Shown: positions 9,225-19,554, numbered from the stretch's first letter. The stretch is 64,000 bases of DNA from Candidatus Bathyarchaeia archaeon (GCA_050010515.1 JBEKKX010000006.1:11316-75315); one strand, 5' to 3'. The notes: generated from the letters alone by a model not told the origin. Program-made: numbers and translations.

Positions 9225-10006
9225 TTTTTACCCTCCTTAGCTCGGGTTGCCGCTGTAAGAGCTGCACCTAAAGCACCAGCATAATCAGGAAAATCAGGAA
9301 TCAACACATCAACCCCCAGCTTTCTCTTCAGTGACGCAACAAAACCAACGTCCTTAGCTACGCCGCCAATCAAAACCACATCGGGGTTTACGCCTAACCT
9401 TTGAACCATGGATGAAATTCGGTCAGCCATCGCATCAAAAACCGCCCGGGCAATTTCAGGTTTAGACTCCTGTCGGTGAATAAGCGAAACAACATCTGAT
9501 TCGCCGAAGATAACGCAGGAAGCGTTTATGGGGCTTGCGCGTTCCGCCTTAAGTGAAAGCGGGCCCATCTCCTCCAATTTCACTTCTAACGCTCGCGCCA
9601 TAGCCTCTATGAATGCTCCTGCACCAGCAGCACACCTTTCGTTAACGATAAAATCAACCATAAGTGCTTTCTCATCGCATTTAACGGCTCTTGCCTCTTC
9701 AGCGCCGACATCAATTATCGTTCTGGCTTTTGGAAAAAGGTAAACTCCTGCTTTAGCGTCAGCGCCCATCATGCTTACAGTGCCTTTAGCGTAAGGCGCC
9801 ATTTCCATAGCTGACCCCGTAGCAACAAAATAAACTACATCAGAAATCTTCAGGTCGGCGTCTTTTAATGCTTCGTTTACTGCTTCTTCAGCGGCTTTGG
9901 CAGGGTCGAACCCTGAGAAAGCTTGCCCCCTTGAAACAACAGCATCATCTTTTAGCACTACCGCTTTTACTTTTTGAGTGCCTAAATCTATTCCGACAGT
10001 AATCAT
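9221..10006 (-). CDS. ASKHA ATPase activator, BzdP-like subunit
   Basis: GIDLG, DVGAEEARA, NERCAAGAG, NASCVIF; 4-nt overlap with the downstream gene. Confidence 0.85.
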   Translation of the reverse strand: MITVGIDLGTQKVKAVVLKDDAVVSRGQAFSGFDPAKAAEEAVNEALKDADLKISDVVYFVATGSAMEMAPYAKGTVSMMGADAKAGVYLFPKARTIIDVGAEEARAVKCDEKALMVDFIVNERCAAGAGAFIEAMARALEVKLEEMGPLSLKAERASPINASCVIFGESDVVSLIHRQESKPEIARAVFDAMADRISSMVQRLGVNPDVVLIGGVAKDVGFVASLKRKLGVDVLIPDFPDYAGALGAALTAATRAKEGKK

Positions 10007-10016
10007 GAATTCACCC

Positions 10017-11360
10017 CTAAATATCCGCTCTTGCCGTTAACATCTCAAGGAACGCTTCAACACGCGTCTTCATTTGCCCAACGTCTTCCCTAGTGTACTC
10101 AGTGTCAAGATAGTACATGGGAATATTTATTTTGTCAAGAGCTTTCTTGATTCTGTTATATTCCATTGCGTAGAGCATGCAGCCTCGCACTACATAGTAA
10201 ATAACGCCTTGAACGTTCCATTCCTTAACCTTGTTTAATAGCCAGTTGATCCTGTCTTCGTTTCCGTCGCTTGAAGTGAAGCAGGGGCAAGTGGAAGCCA
10301 TAAGGTACCGTTCTCCAATAGCGTTAAGCATGTCATCCATGGTCCATTCATCTACGCCGACTGGGTCGTAGAGAATTTTCTCGCCTGAACAAAGCTCGTC
10401 TGCAACGATAATGCCTTTAGGATTAGCTTCCTCAACCAGAGTTGGCAGCTTCCAATTATCAGGCCAAAACATCGGTGTACCAGTTACTAATACCCGCGGG
10501 GTCTCAGGAGAACAAACCCAATCTTTCCTCTGCGCTCTTTTTTCCAGTTCATCACATAAGACCTCAGTTTTCTCCGTCCACCGCACTTTATCATCCCACA
10601 AGTATGCTTGATTAACCAGCATAGCGTCTCTGCCCATAATTACTGGTTGACCTTTACGCAAATCCTGTAAGCGGCGAAAAGCTTTTGTTGCCTTCTGTGT
10701 CTGCTCAATAGCCTCTTTCAAGCTTTTCCTTGTAATTTTGTTGCCCGTAAATTCCTCAATTTGCGCTTTCATGAGTTTTATTTCATCATTCCAAAAACGA
10801 AGTGAATGAGCAGAATCTTTAACCCTTGGAATATTCATTCCCCAAACAGTCTTGTAATCACTTAAAATTTCGCTCAGTTTAGTCATTCCGTCACATGTTA
10901 AAACACTAATCAAAGCATCGCTCAACTCAAGAAAAGGCGAAAGCCCAATCATTTCCGCGCCTATAGTTGAACGAATAACTGGGCAAACCTCCACTGGCAC
11001 AACCCTGTCGCCAACTTTAGAAGCATCATACCAGCCTGAATTTACCCTGACTGGAATGGCATCAGCCGCTAAAATCAGCTCTGTCGGAGCAAACAAGCAC
11101 ATGTAACCAATAACTTTCTTTCCCTTCTCCTTCTCAGCCAGAATCTCAGTTGGACGTTTACCAAACAAGTTTGCGATTTCATCAAAATACTTCATGGCTT
11201 CAGGCCTGTTAGGGTCAGTTTTTTTCATGCGCTCAATATTCTCAGCCATAATTTTCTGAGACGCCGTTTTGATAGAGTTTCTAAGTTCCTCTATTTCTTT
11301 TGTAGAGATTTCAGGTGTGTACTTTTTTTCAGTTTTTTCGCTTTTCATTTTTTTCTTCAC
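10017..11360 (-). CDS. HgdAB/2-hydroxyacyl-CoA dehydratase superfamily protein, double-cubane-cluster (YjiM/DCCP)-like reductase
   Basis: Cys motifs GYMC, VCPVIRS, TCDG, ELCSG, TCPCF, GCMLY; C-terminal GQMKTRVEAFLEM. Confidence 0.8.
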   Translation of the reverse strand: MKKKMKSEKTEKKYTPEISTKEIEELRNSIKTASQKIMAENIERMKKTDPNRPEAMKYFDEIANLFGKRPTEILAEKEKGKKVIGYMCLFAPTELILAADAIPVRVNSGWYDASKVGDRVVPVEVCPVIRSTIGAEMIGLSPFLELSDALISVLTCDGMTKLSEILSDYKTVWGMNIPRVKDSAHSLRFWNDEIKLMKAQIEEFTGNKITRKSLKEAIEQTQKATKAFRRLQDLRKGQPVIMGRDAMLVNQAYLWDDKVRWTEKTEVLCDELEKRAQRKDWVCSPETPRVLVTGTPMFWPDNWKLPTLVEEANPKGIIVADELCSGEKILYDPVGVDEWTMDDMLNAIGERYLMASTCPCFTSSDGNEDRINWLLNKVKEWNVQGVIYYVVRGCMLYAMEYNRIKKALDKINIPMYYLDTEYTREDVGQMKTRVEAFLEMLTARADI

Positions 11361-12337
11361 TCACTTGTTGATGGTTCTAGCCAGTTTCTTGATTTGAATA
11401 CTGTTTTATTTCCAAGCTTCACTTTTAAGGCATCTTCGTAGGGGCACATTTCGGCGCATCGCAAGCATAACATGCACATTGAAGTGTTTATTTTTCCTCC
11501 CTTCTGTTCATACACATCTGGTACTTGCAATTGGCATACCCTCTTGCAAACGCCGCACTTTGTGCATTTTTCCTCATCTTTTTCAATATGAAGCAGAGGT
11601 GCCCACTTGAAACCCTTAAACCTATTCACAACTGCTAATGAGGCGCCGGTTGGGCAGAAGCGGCACCAAACTCTTCTTATATAGAAGGAGCCCACCAGCG
11701 TCAAACCGACAAAAGTAATAGCGATTATTTGACTTATATTTTGGCCAGCATAAGTGATGATGTCTTGAGCATAGGGGTAATTAAGGTTAATCTGATTAAC
11801 AACTAATGGGCCCTTCCATGGAACAACTAGTGGAATCATGGGATCAAGCAGAACACTGTATATTCGGAAGGGACCAGCCAGTAGTTGCGCCATAACAACG
11901 GCAAAGTTGAAATTTGGAGGCGGTTGGATTCGCCATAAGACAGCGGGTAAAAACAAGAAAAACAACAGTATTACGTATCTTGATTGATGTAGGCTCTTGT
12001 TAAGTTTTTCAGGAATATTTCGGTAGCGAATGCTGAACGCTTTTCTTAGTGGAATCAATAGATCCATGAGTAAGCCGAATGGGCAAAGCCACCCGCAATA
12101 CAGTCGACCTAAAACAATAGTCATTGCAAAAACAACAATTAGCACATAGAGAAGCGGAATAGAATAGGTGAACACATAAAATATGGCTGCAAAAGCGACC
12201 GCCTGAATGACTAGCCTAATGTAAGTTATTCTTGTCGCTAAGTTCTTCTTCCATATTAAAATGGTAAGTATCCCTGCTACCCCAAGTCCTGCAAGTACTG
12301 CAATTCTTAGTATGTCGCCTATGATTTCCCAGATCAT
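11357..12337 (-). CDS. NapH/MauN-like membrane 4Fe-4S protein
   Basis: GRLYCGWLCPFG, WCRFCPTG, two CxxCxxCxxxC motifs, several TM segments. Confidence 0.88.
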   Translation of the reverse strand: MIWEIIGDILRIAVLAGLGVAGILTILIWKKNLATRITYIRLVIQAVAFAAIFYVFTYSIPLLYVLIVVFAMTIVLGRLYCGWLCPFGLLMDLLIPLRKAFSIRYRNIPEKLNKSLHQSRYVILLFFLFLPAVLWRIQPPPNFNFAVVMAQLLAGPFRIYSVLLDPMIPLVVPWKGPLVVNQINLNYPYAQDIITYAGQNISQIIAITFVGLTLVGSFYIRRVWCRFCPTGASLAVVNRFKGFKWAPLLHIEKDEEKCTKCGVCKRVCQLQVPDVYEQKGGKINTSMCMLCLRCAEMCPYEDALKVKLGNKTVFKSRNWLEPSTSE

Positions 12338-12849
12338 TTTTTTCCCATTTTAATTGGTATAGTTGAATTATGAGTTTATCAATGTGCTAATTCAAGCACT
12401 ATTAGTTTCCTGCACCTGCCATTGAAACTCACTTCTTAAATTCAAATTCGGGTGCCTTGTTAGGAAGTCAACCAGTATTCCTCTTATAAGCAGTGCTGGC
12501 GAGAAAACGGTTTCCAAATCACTTAATAAACCGATTAAACCAACAATCCAGGCGTAACCTGCCAACGGTATCGAGTTAAAAATTATAGTTACTGCACCGC
12601 CTTTGAGAGAAGCACCTACACATGCAAAGTGACTTGCGATGTAACGGAGATGTGAGGCAGTACAAACAACTAATCCATATAAAAGTCCACGAGTAAACGC
12701 TCCATGATACAGATTAGAGGCTTCAGGTATGAACGACATGCGGAGGTCTCGATAAATTTTTAATAATCAAAATATGAAGAGAACCTTTTAAATCTTCCAT
12801 ATCTTTGCCGCCTCGTCAGTTTCTTTCAGTTTTGGCAAGAAAACTTGGG

Positions 12850-15114
12850 TCATGAAGGAGGAGGTATTACACGTGTATTGTACTCTTTCAGATATGCCAA
12901 GTGCGCTGAATCGTAGGGGTAGCTTTCAGCTGTCGTGTACGGAAATCCACTCATGCCCATGAAAGGCAACGGGTCAACGGTAAAGCTGAATCCATAGCCC
13001 CATCCTCCAGGCGGATCTTTAAACCAGCACGCTACAAAAAAGAAATAATCTCTTTCCATGCCCTTGGCTGGTGCCGTGAGATTGCTGACTGGAAAGTCCA
13101 GAGTAACTTGGTCGCCTTGTCGTCCGATTACATACATGTTGTCTGCATTTTGAACTAGCGCGGTTACATCGCCATATCGTGTGAAGTTTCCGGAAGACGT
13201 TGAGTTGGTATCCCACACTTGGCTTAGAGTTGCGATGGGGCTAATTTTTTGAACTGTTATTTTCTGTTGAGTAGTAAGGTCAACTCCAATGTAGTCGTAG
13301 GTTACATTCCACCAATTGACAATTCTAATCTGGTAATCGCTTAAGCCTGTGGGAAATAGGCCTGTTAAGTCCACCACGAAAGTTCTAGGGTTAGAATCTG
13401 AAGGTATTGGCATCTGCCTGTCCTGTGGGACAGGAATCCACGTACCGTTTGGATATTTAACTTCCATGTATGAGGGTGGAGTAATTTGCGTGCCATTTGG
13501 TACAAGTCCTTGGGCAGCTGCCGCTTTAAAGCTGTTTACCCAATTGTCATAAGCGCCAGGTGATCCCCAATCAACCATTCCGTTGATTACAAGTTTGATT
13601 TGTTTTGCAGAGGATAAGTTACCTAAGTCTAGCGTTAATTGGTTTAAGTAGATGTTGTTCCATGACGGACTAAGAGCCCCATTGTTGCCAGGCGTGAAGA
13701 CACCGTCAAGCTTTGAAATTTGAGGTAATACATTTTCCTCTTTCGCGTTGGTGCCGCTTGGTCCCCAAACATAAGTTGCACTGACTGGTGATATTACGCT
13801 GGTTTGGTTAACTGTGTAGATTTGATCGTTTAAGCCTTGGTTTAGGTAATTGGTTACACTTGAGTAAACGTCGGTACCTACTGGGTGGTCAACAACTAGC
13901 AGGTACGCTGCGTCCAAGTAGAAGATTTCATCCGCTTGTTGAAAAAGAGTCATGTCATAGTAATTGTTGCCATTAATGTTTTTTATTGCTAGCAAGTTTT
14001 TGTCAAGTTTTACGTTGTCCCATGGATTTCCTCCGATATACACGATGTTGCCGTTACTAGTCATGTAGCCCATGTATCCTAACCAGCCAGCGTTTGAAAC
14101 GTCAGTAACATAAGAGTAGCCTGTTCCATTCCACGTGTACAGCGACGGGCAAGATGCATATCCGCTGATTAAGGTGTAGGTTGCAACTAATATTAGCCAG
14201 TCATTTAACGTGAAAGTAATTGTTGCGCTAGTTGATCCGTCGCTCCAATAGGAAAATGCTAAAACTCCAGTCCCAACACTAAAGGGGGTTGGGCAAGATA
14301 CGGTGTATTGTCCTACTGGCAGAAGCGCAATATATGGCGTATCATGGGTTACTCCGTTGAGTGTAAAAGGCAAGGGTGTGGAACCACCGCCGGATCTGGC
14401 AATTTCAAGCGTGTGGTAGCCAGTCTGTACTATTGTGAATTCTCCGCCTAAAGTGTTCAGTTTGACGGTGTGCGTTCCTATTGTTGTTGCGTTAACCGTG
14501 AATTCCACAGTTTGGGTTGTACTTGCGTTCACTTGAATAACTCTTGCTTCTACCAAGGCACCATCAACTGTTACAATAACATAAAGGCTATCCGATTGAG
14601 TGGTTGGGTTTTTTGCAGTGGCGGTCACGTTAACTGGTTGATTTGGCCAAGCTTCATATGGATCAAAAACGAGGTTGTATAAAATTATTTTGCTTGATCC
14701 CGGAGGAGCAGGGTTAATTACGAACATTCCTGTCAAATCGCCGACTTGAACGGTATAATTGCCAGGTGTAGTTTCGATATCGGTGAACTGGACAAGTTGA
14801 GACGCACCGCCCTCGAGCGTTACGTTTTCGGTGTCTTTTATTGCATTGTTGATTTCAAGGTTTAGCGTTTGGTTGCCTTCTAAAGCGCCGACGTTTGTTA
14901 CGTTAACTGAGATTTCTACGGCATCTGTCACGTTTGTTTCAGGTGGATTGATGGTTAGGTTTGTTAGGGTAAACTTAGCGGGCTTAGGCGTCGCTGCTAT
15001 CACGCCTTGATTTTGAAGATAAAGGTAGGCTCCTGCAGCCGAGCCTATAATGATAAGGTCAATAATCAGTATCGCTTTCAATTTAACTATGGCTGAATGA
15101 GATAGCATTCTCAT
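12850..15114 (-). CDS. large extracellular/membrane-anchored protein with CARDB/Ig-like repeats
   Basis: N-terminal hydrophobic anchor, Thr/Asn-rich beta repeats (VNVTNVG), C-terminal region starting SCPSLYTWNG. Confidence 0.8.
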   Translation of the reverse strand: MRMLSHSAIVKLKAILIIDLIIIGSAAGAYLYLQNQGVIAATPKPAKFTLTNLTINPPETNVTDAVEISVNVTNVGALEGNQTLNLEINNAIKDTENVTLEGGASQLVQFTDIETTPGNYTVQVGDLTGMFVINPAPPGSSKIILYNLVFDPYEAWPNQPVNVTATAKNPTTQSDSLYVIVTVDGALVEARVIQVNASTTQTVEFTVNATTIGTHTVKLNTLGGEFTIVQTGYHTLEIARSGGGSTPLPFTLNGVTHDTPYIALLPVGQYTVSCPTPFSVGTGVLAFSYWSDGSTSATITFTLNDWLILVATYTLISGYASCPSLYTWNGTGYSYVTDVSNAGWLGYMGYMTSNGNIVYIGGNPWDNVKLDKNLLAIKNINGNNYYDMTLFQQADEIFYLDAAYLLVVDHPVGTDVYSSVTNYLNQGLNDQIYTVNQTSVISPVSATYVWGPSGTNAKEENVLPQISKLDGVFTPGNNGALSPSWNNIYLNQLTLDLGNLSSAKQIKLVINGMVDWGSPGAYDNWVNSFKAAAAQGLVPNGTQITPPSYMEVKYPNGTWIPVPQDRQMPIPSDSNPRTFVVDLTGLFPTGLSDYQIRIVNWWNVTYDYIGVDLTTQQKITVQKISPIATLSQVWDTNSTSSGNFTRYGDVTALVQNADNMYVIGRQGDQVTLDFPVSNLTAPAKGMERDYFFFVACWFKDPPGGWGYGFSFTVDPLPFMGMSGFPYTTAESYPYDSAHLAYLKEYNTRVIPPPS

Positions 15115-15281
15115 GGCACTCTTACACGTTAATGCAAGTTAGTATGTGATTATAACCATTAAAGTGTTTTTGTTTCTGAAAAATAACTGATTTTCTTTTT
15201 GCTGTTGTTGTGATTTTGCAATCACAAAGTTATGTTGGGAATAAAGAATCTTTTTTTAGTTTATTAAGCGATTGTTAAAAT

Positions 15282-16652
15282 TTATGGGCATTCTGGTTCA
15301 ATATGAACTGTGACAACCGCGTTTGCAAAGCGCTCTTTTGTTTCTTTCTCAACCTGTGAGGCAATCCTGTGGGCTTCTTTTATATGAATCTGTTTGGTGA
15401 AGCAGCAGTCAATGTTAATGTAACGTTTACCCTCAGCAGCGTAAGTTACTATTCGCTTTATTTGCAGGTTACCACCGATGCCTTTGGCAACTTCGTAAAT
15501 GACTTTGCTAAGCTGTGTTTCGTTCACCTCGGCGGCAGGAACCGCAATACCAGAAGGCTCTATATGTACAGTAACGTTTTCAAGCGGATTAATTTCAGCT
15601 TTCATTCTTCGTTCGATAGTTTCAGCTATTTTATGTGCTTCTTCAACTGACAGCTCAGGATCCACGTAGGCGTGCAAGGTAATGTAGAATTTACCGCCAG
15701 TGTAAATAGTGGAGATTTCATGCACCTCTTTTACGCCCTCCACAGTTGCTAGTTTTTCTACTAGCTGGTCCATTTTTGTTTCTTTTTCTGATGGTTCAAT
15801 ATGGATGGTGGCGTCTACATTGCCAAGAGCTTGCTTCAAGTCAACTTCAATGTTAGATACTAAAGAATGCGCCTCTTCCAACGGCATATGGCTTGGAACT
15901 TGTACGGATGCATCAATGAAAATTTTAGAGCTTACTTTGCGAACTTTCAGGTTTTCAATTTTCACGATGCCCTCATGTGAAAGAATCACTTTTCTTGTTT
16001 TCTGCACAAGCTCCTTTGATGCCGTATCGCTTAGTTCCATCACACTGGATCGCACGAGCTTAACGCTCAAATAACTAAGCATAACTCCGAGGAGAATTGA
16101 TGCCAACGCATCTCCATAATAAAAGCCTAAAGTAGCTAAGCCAAACCCCAGCAGAGCCAGCAAAGTTGAGCTTAAATCTGAAACAGCGTCGTAAAAACCG
16201 ACTTTCATAGAGGGACTTTGTATATGCTCGGTTTTCTTGAAAACCGTAACTCTTAAAGAAGCAATAAAAAGAGCGTAGCCTATCGCAATGAAACCCGCAA
16301 ACTCTACTCCTTTAACAATCTGCGTGTTCTCTATCAATCTTATTGCGGCTTCGTAAAAAATTAAGAATGCAACTGCAATTAAGACTACTCCACCAATGAG
16401 TCCACCTATGGTTTCAAACTTCTCATGTCCGTAAGTGTGTTCCTCGTCAGGAGGCTTAATTGAAGCGCGAACTGCAAAAAACAACATTATAGTTGACACA
16501 ACATCAAGCAATGCATGTAAACCGTCGCTCTGTATAGCTAAACTTTTAACAATCCAGCCTATCGAAAGCTCAACTATTACAACGCTAAAGATTGCAATAG
16601 CTGAAATCTTCAATGCTTTAAGTTTGTATTTTCCTTCGCCAGAGCCTTGCAT
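15282..16652 (-). CDS. cation diffusion facilitator (CDF) transporter with triplicated C-terminal domain
   Basis: SDGLHALLD, PPDEEHTYGHEK; three EAH...(T/V)HIEP repeats. Confidence 0.9.
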   Translation of the reverse strand: MQGSGEGKYKLKALKISAIAIFSVVIVELSIGWIVKSLAIQSDGLHALLDVVSTIMLFFAVRASIKPPDEEHTYGHEKFETIGGLIGGVVLIAVAFLIFYEAAIRLIENTQIVKGVEFAGFIAIGYALFIASLRVTVFKKTEHIQSPSMKVGFYDAVSDLSSTLLALLGFGLATLGFYYGDALASILLGVMLSYLSVKLVRSSVMELSDTASKELVQKTRKVILSHEGIVKIENLKVRKVSSKIFIDASVQVPSHMPLEEAHSLVSNIEVDLKQALGNVDATIHIEPSEKETKMDQLVEKLATVEGVKEVHEISTIYTGGKFYITLHAYVDPELSVEEAHKIAETIERRMKAEINPLENVTVHIEPSGIAVPAAEVNETQLSKVIYEVAKGIGGNLQIKRIVTYAAEGKRYINIDCCFTKQIHIKEAHRIASQVEKETKERFANAVVTVHIEPECP

Positions 16653-16843
16653 TTTATTAATCTAAATATGCTCATAACAAGGGCGATTTAAGAATTGCGG
16701 GAGAAAATAAACCAACCAATTTTGAATCCAAACGCTCTTTACGCCGCTCTTAATTTATATCCCAACCCCAAACTATTTCTCCCGCCTAATTTCCCTTTTT
16801 CTTTTTTTATTGCCTCAACCTCTTAGACCTAATGACTTAAGAT

Positions 16844-16869
16844 TTTGAACCCCGACTAAAGTGGAGATG
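16844..16869 (+). repeat. 26-bp direct repeat, copy 1 (TTTGAACCCCGACTAAAGTGGAGATG)
   Basis: 24/26 identical to 17271-17296. Confidence 0.75.
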
Positions 16870-17270
16870 CAGCCGCTTTTTCCCTGATTGTTGACGGGAA
16901 TTAAGCAAAACCCTTAACTTTTTCCATTGAAGAGATAATCCTTGCGAGAAGTTGAATGATGAGCTTTCTACGGACGTCGAGTAGTGGGATTTCGAAATTG
17001 TCTCTTTTTGTTTTAATGCTTGTGTTCTATTCGAAATCTAGGTTTCTAACCATGACGTTTCTGTCTTTGTATGGTTTAATTCATGGTGTTGCATGTGTGC
17101 CTGGAAGCAGGGTAAGCGCGGTTAAAAGTCTACTCCGTTATGGCGTTGATGTGCTTCAACATGGGTTGGGCTCGTCAATTCCAGCCGACTTTTGAGATTC
17201 CTCTCCATGTGAGCCACGTAGTTTCACCATAAAGCCCCTATTAATTTCATTATTTTTTATTGGAGGAGGA

Positions 17271-17296
17271 TTTGAACCCCGACCAAGGTGGAGATG
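17271..17296 (+). repeat. 26-bp direct repeat, copy 2 (TTTGAACCCCGACCAAGGTGGAGATG)
   Basis: 24/26 identical to 16844-16869. Confidence 0.75.
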
Positions 17297-17545
17297 TCAC
17301 CCGCGATTCCCCTTTTTTTATGGATGATTCGCGATACTGAAATCGTTAGGTTTAGAAAGAAATGATGTTAGGCATAGATGTTCTGCTGTTTGTTTGGGAA
17401 CCAGCATCCTCAGATATGTTATTCCGTAAATGGCTCTTTCTTTTTTAAAGAAAAAATATTTTGGTCAAATGTATCTAAAAGTTAAAAGCCTAAAATCGAT
17501 AGGCATTTAGGTTTGAAAATAAGTATTAATGGAAACGGTTGATGC

Positions 17546-18832
17546 TTGATGGCTTTAGTAAAAATAAGCAAAATCTTAGAAGGATGCTGTCTAGACCAGA
17601 AAGTAACTATACGCGGCTGGGTTTACCGTAAACGTGAAGGAAAAGAACTTGTTTTCCTAGTAATCCGCGATTCAACGGGAGTAATCCAATGTACAGTTAA
17701 AAAAACTAGTCCCTGCTGGAACGAAGCACTACGCTTAACAATTGAATCTTCACTCACGCTTGAAGGCACCGCCAAACAGGACAAGCGTGCCCCAGGCGGA
17801 TACGAGATAAGCATAGAAAACTTGACGATTATCGGTTTAGCAGAAACCTTTCCAATTGCGAAAGATAAAAGCGAAGAATTCATCCGTGACATGCGGCACC
17901 TCTGGCTTCGCAGCCGAAAAATGAATTTAGTCATGAAGGTTCGCGCTGACGTGTTAGAAGCAACACGCGAATACTTCAAAAGCCAAGATTACACAGAGGT
18001 TTCGCCGCCGATGTTTATTTCCGCGGCAGTTGAAGGCGGCTCAACTCTTTTCGGCTTAAAATATTTTGATCAAGACCTTTACCTGACGCAGAGTTCTCAG
18101 CTTTATCTGGAAATTTTAATCTATTCTTTAGAAAATGTTTATTGCATCGCTCCCTCGTTTCGGGCTGAAAAAAGCAGGACAATTAGGCATTTAACTGAGT
18201 ACTGGCACATTGAAGGCGAATGGCCGTTTGCGGATATGAATGATTTAATGAAGTTTGAAGAAGGCTTAATGATGCATGTTTGCCAAAGCATCGGCGACAA
18301 ATGTCAAAAAGAATTTGCAGAGTTAGGCGCTGACATATCAAAGTTGAAAGCAGTAAAGACTCCGTTTCCAAGGATAACTTATGAAGAAGCAATCAATAGA
18401 CTTAAAGTTAAAAATCAAGCGTTAAATTGGGGTGTTGATTTAGGTTACGAGGACGAGAAGGTTTTAGCTGAAGATTTCGGCAAACCCTTCTTCGTTTATG
18501 ATTACCCTACAGCGATTAAGGCGTTTTATTGCAAGACGTACCCTGACCATCCTGAAGTTGCAATGTCGGTTGATATGATGGTTCCACGGATAGGCGAAAT
18601 CAGCACAGGCGGAGCAAGAGAAGAAGACAAGGACATACTTATTCAACGTATGAAAGAGCAGGGCTTGAAACCTGAAGATTACGAATGGTACCTTGACCTA
18701 CGGCGCTACGGCACCGTGCCCCATGTTGGCTTCGGCATGGGACTAGAGCGATTGATAACTTGGATGCTTGACCTAGACAACATCATCGACGCTATTCCAT
18801 TTCCGAGAACAACCCGCAGGTTCTACCCATAA
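17546..18832 (+). CDS. asnS: asparagine--tRNA ligase
   Basis: N-terminal OB fold, RHLWLRS, YLTQSSQLYLE, FRAEKSRTIRHLTEYW, GFGMGLER. Confidence 0.93.
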   Translation: MMALVKISKILEGCCLDQKVTIRGWVYRKREGKELVFLVIRDSTGVIQCTVKKTSPCWNEALRLTIESSLTLEGTAKQDKRAPGGYEISIENLTIIGLAETFPIAKDKSEEFIRDMRHLWLRSRKMNLVMKVRADVLEATREYFKSQDYTEVSPPMFISAAVEGGSTLFGLKYFDQDLYLTQSSQLYLEILIYSLENVYCIAPSFRAEKSRTIRHLTEYWHIEGEWPFADMNDLMKFEEGLMMHVCQSIGDKCQKEFAELGADISKLKAVKTPFPRITYEEAINRLKVKNQALNWGVDLGYEDEKVLAEDFGKPFFVYDYPTAIKAFYCKTYPDHPEVAMSVDMMVPRIGEISTGGAREEDKDILIQRMKEQGLKPEDYEWYLDLRRYGTVPHVGFGMGLERLITWMLDLDNIIDAIPFPRTTRRFYP

Positions 18833-18843
18833 TATTTTTTTGT

Positions 18844-19554
18844 TTACGGGTAACCCGTAAAATACTCCAGTTTTAACTGTGCTTTCTGCAAGCCGATGCT
18901 TACGACAAGTGTCTTCATCGCTGCAACCATCGGCGGCGGTCCACAAACATAAAACACGTTTTCCATGTAATCAGGCAATTCCTTCTTAATCATATCTGCA
19001 GTGATTACGCCGGTTGCACCTTTCCATTGACTGGTTGCTTCGTTAACGATAAAAACGACTTTTAAATTCTTGTTTTCTTCTTGCATTTTCTCAAGTTCTT
19101 GTTTGAATGCTATATCATTTTGCGTGCGGCAACCATAGAAGAGCGTAATTTTCGAGTTCAAGCGTTTGTCTGCGGCGTATTTGCATATGCTCACAAAGGG
19201 GGTTATTCCTATACCTCCTGCAAGCAACGCGATTTTGGGATACTCACCCTCAAAAGTGAATTGTCCATATGGCGCGTCTATTCTTGCCCAGTCGCCTACT
19301 TTAACGGCTTTTAAAGCCATTGAATATTCGTGATCAGTCAGTTTTTTAGTAAATTCAAAGTGTTCTTTTTCTGTTGGGCTGCTGCTAAAACTAAAATGGT
19401 GAGTTAACTCTTTGTCGCCCTGTTTTATAGTTGTGAAAAAGTATTGCCCCGGCTTGTAAGCTAATTCAGGCGGTCTGGAAAACCTGTAACTGGTTACATC
19501 AGAAGTTCTAGGTATAATTTCTTTGATTTTCGTTTCAAGCTTCATAAAAATCAT
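18844..19554 (-). CDS. FAD/NAD(P)-binding oxidoreductase (ferredoxin-NADP reductase family)
   Basis: YKPGQY, AGGIGITP, YVCGPPPM. Confidence 0.9.
   Translation of the reverse strand: MIFMKLETKIKEIIPRTSDVTSYRFSRPPELAYKPGQYFFTTIKQGDKELTHHFSFSSSPTEKEHFEFTKKLTDHEYSMALKAVKVGDWARIDAPYGQFTFEGEYPKIALLAGGIGITPFVSICKYAADKRLNSKITLFYGCRTQNDIAFKQELEKMQEENKNLKVVFIVNEATSQWKGATGVITADMIKKELPDYMENVFYVCGPPPMVAAMKTLVVSIGLQKAQLKLEYFTGYP

Noticed and set aside
8313-11360. Complete benzoyl-CoA reductase (bzdNOPQ)
   Set aside because: Only one HgdAB-family subunit, and its Cys pattern is DCCP/YjiM-like
12392-12739. 115-aa ORF as a real gene
   Set aside because: No recognisable motif and atypical composition; may be spurious or a remnant
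16956-17195. 79-aa ORF between the direct repeats
   Set aside because: No motif or supporting signals
17260-17315. Bona fide tRNA gene
   Set aside because: About 53 nt, no D-arm, no U33, weak acceptor stem; kept only as a tRNA-like curiosity
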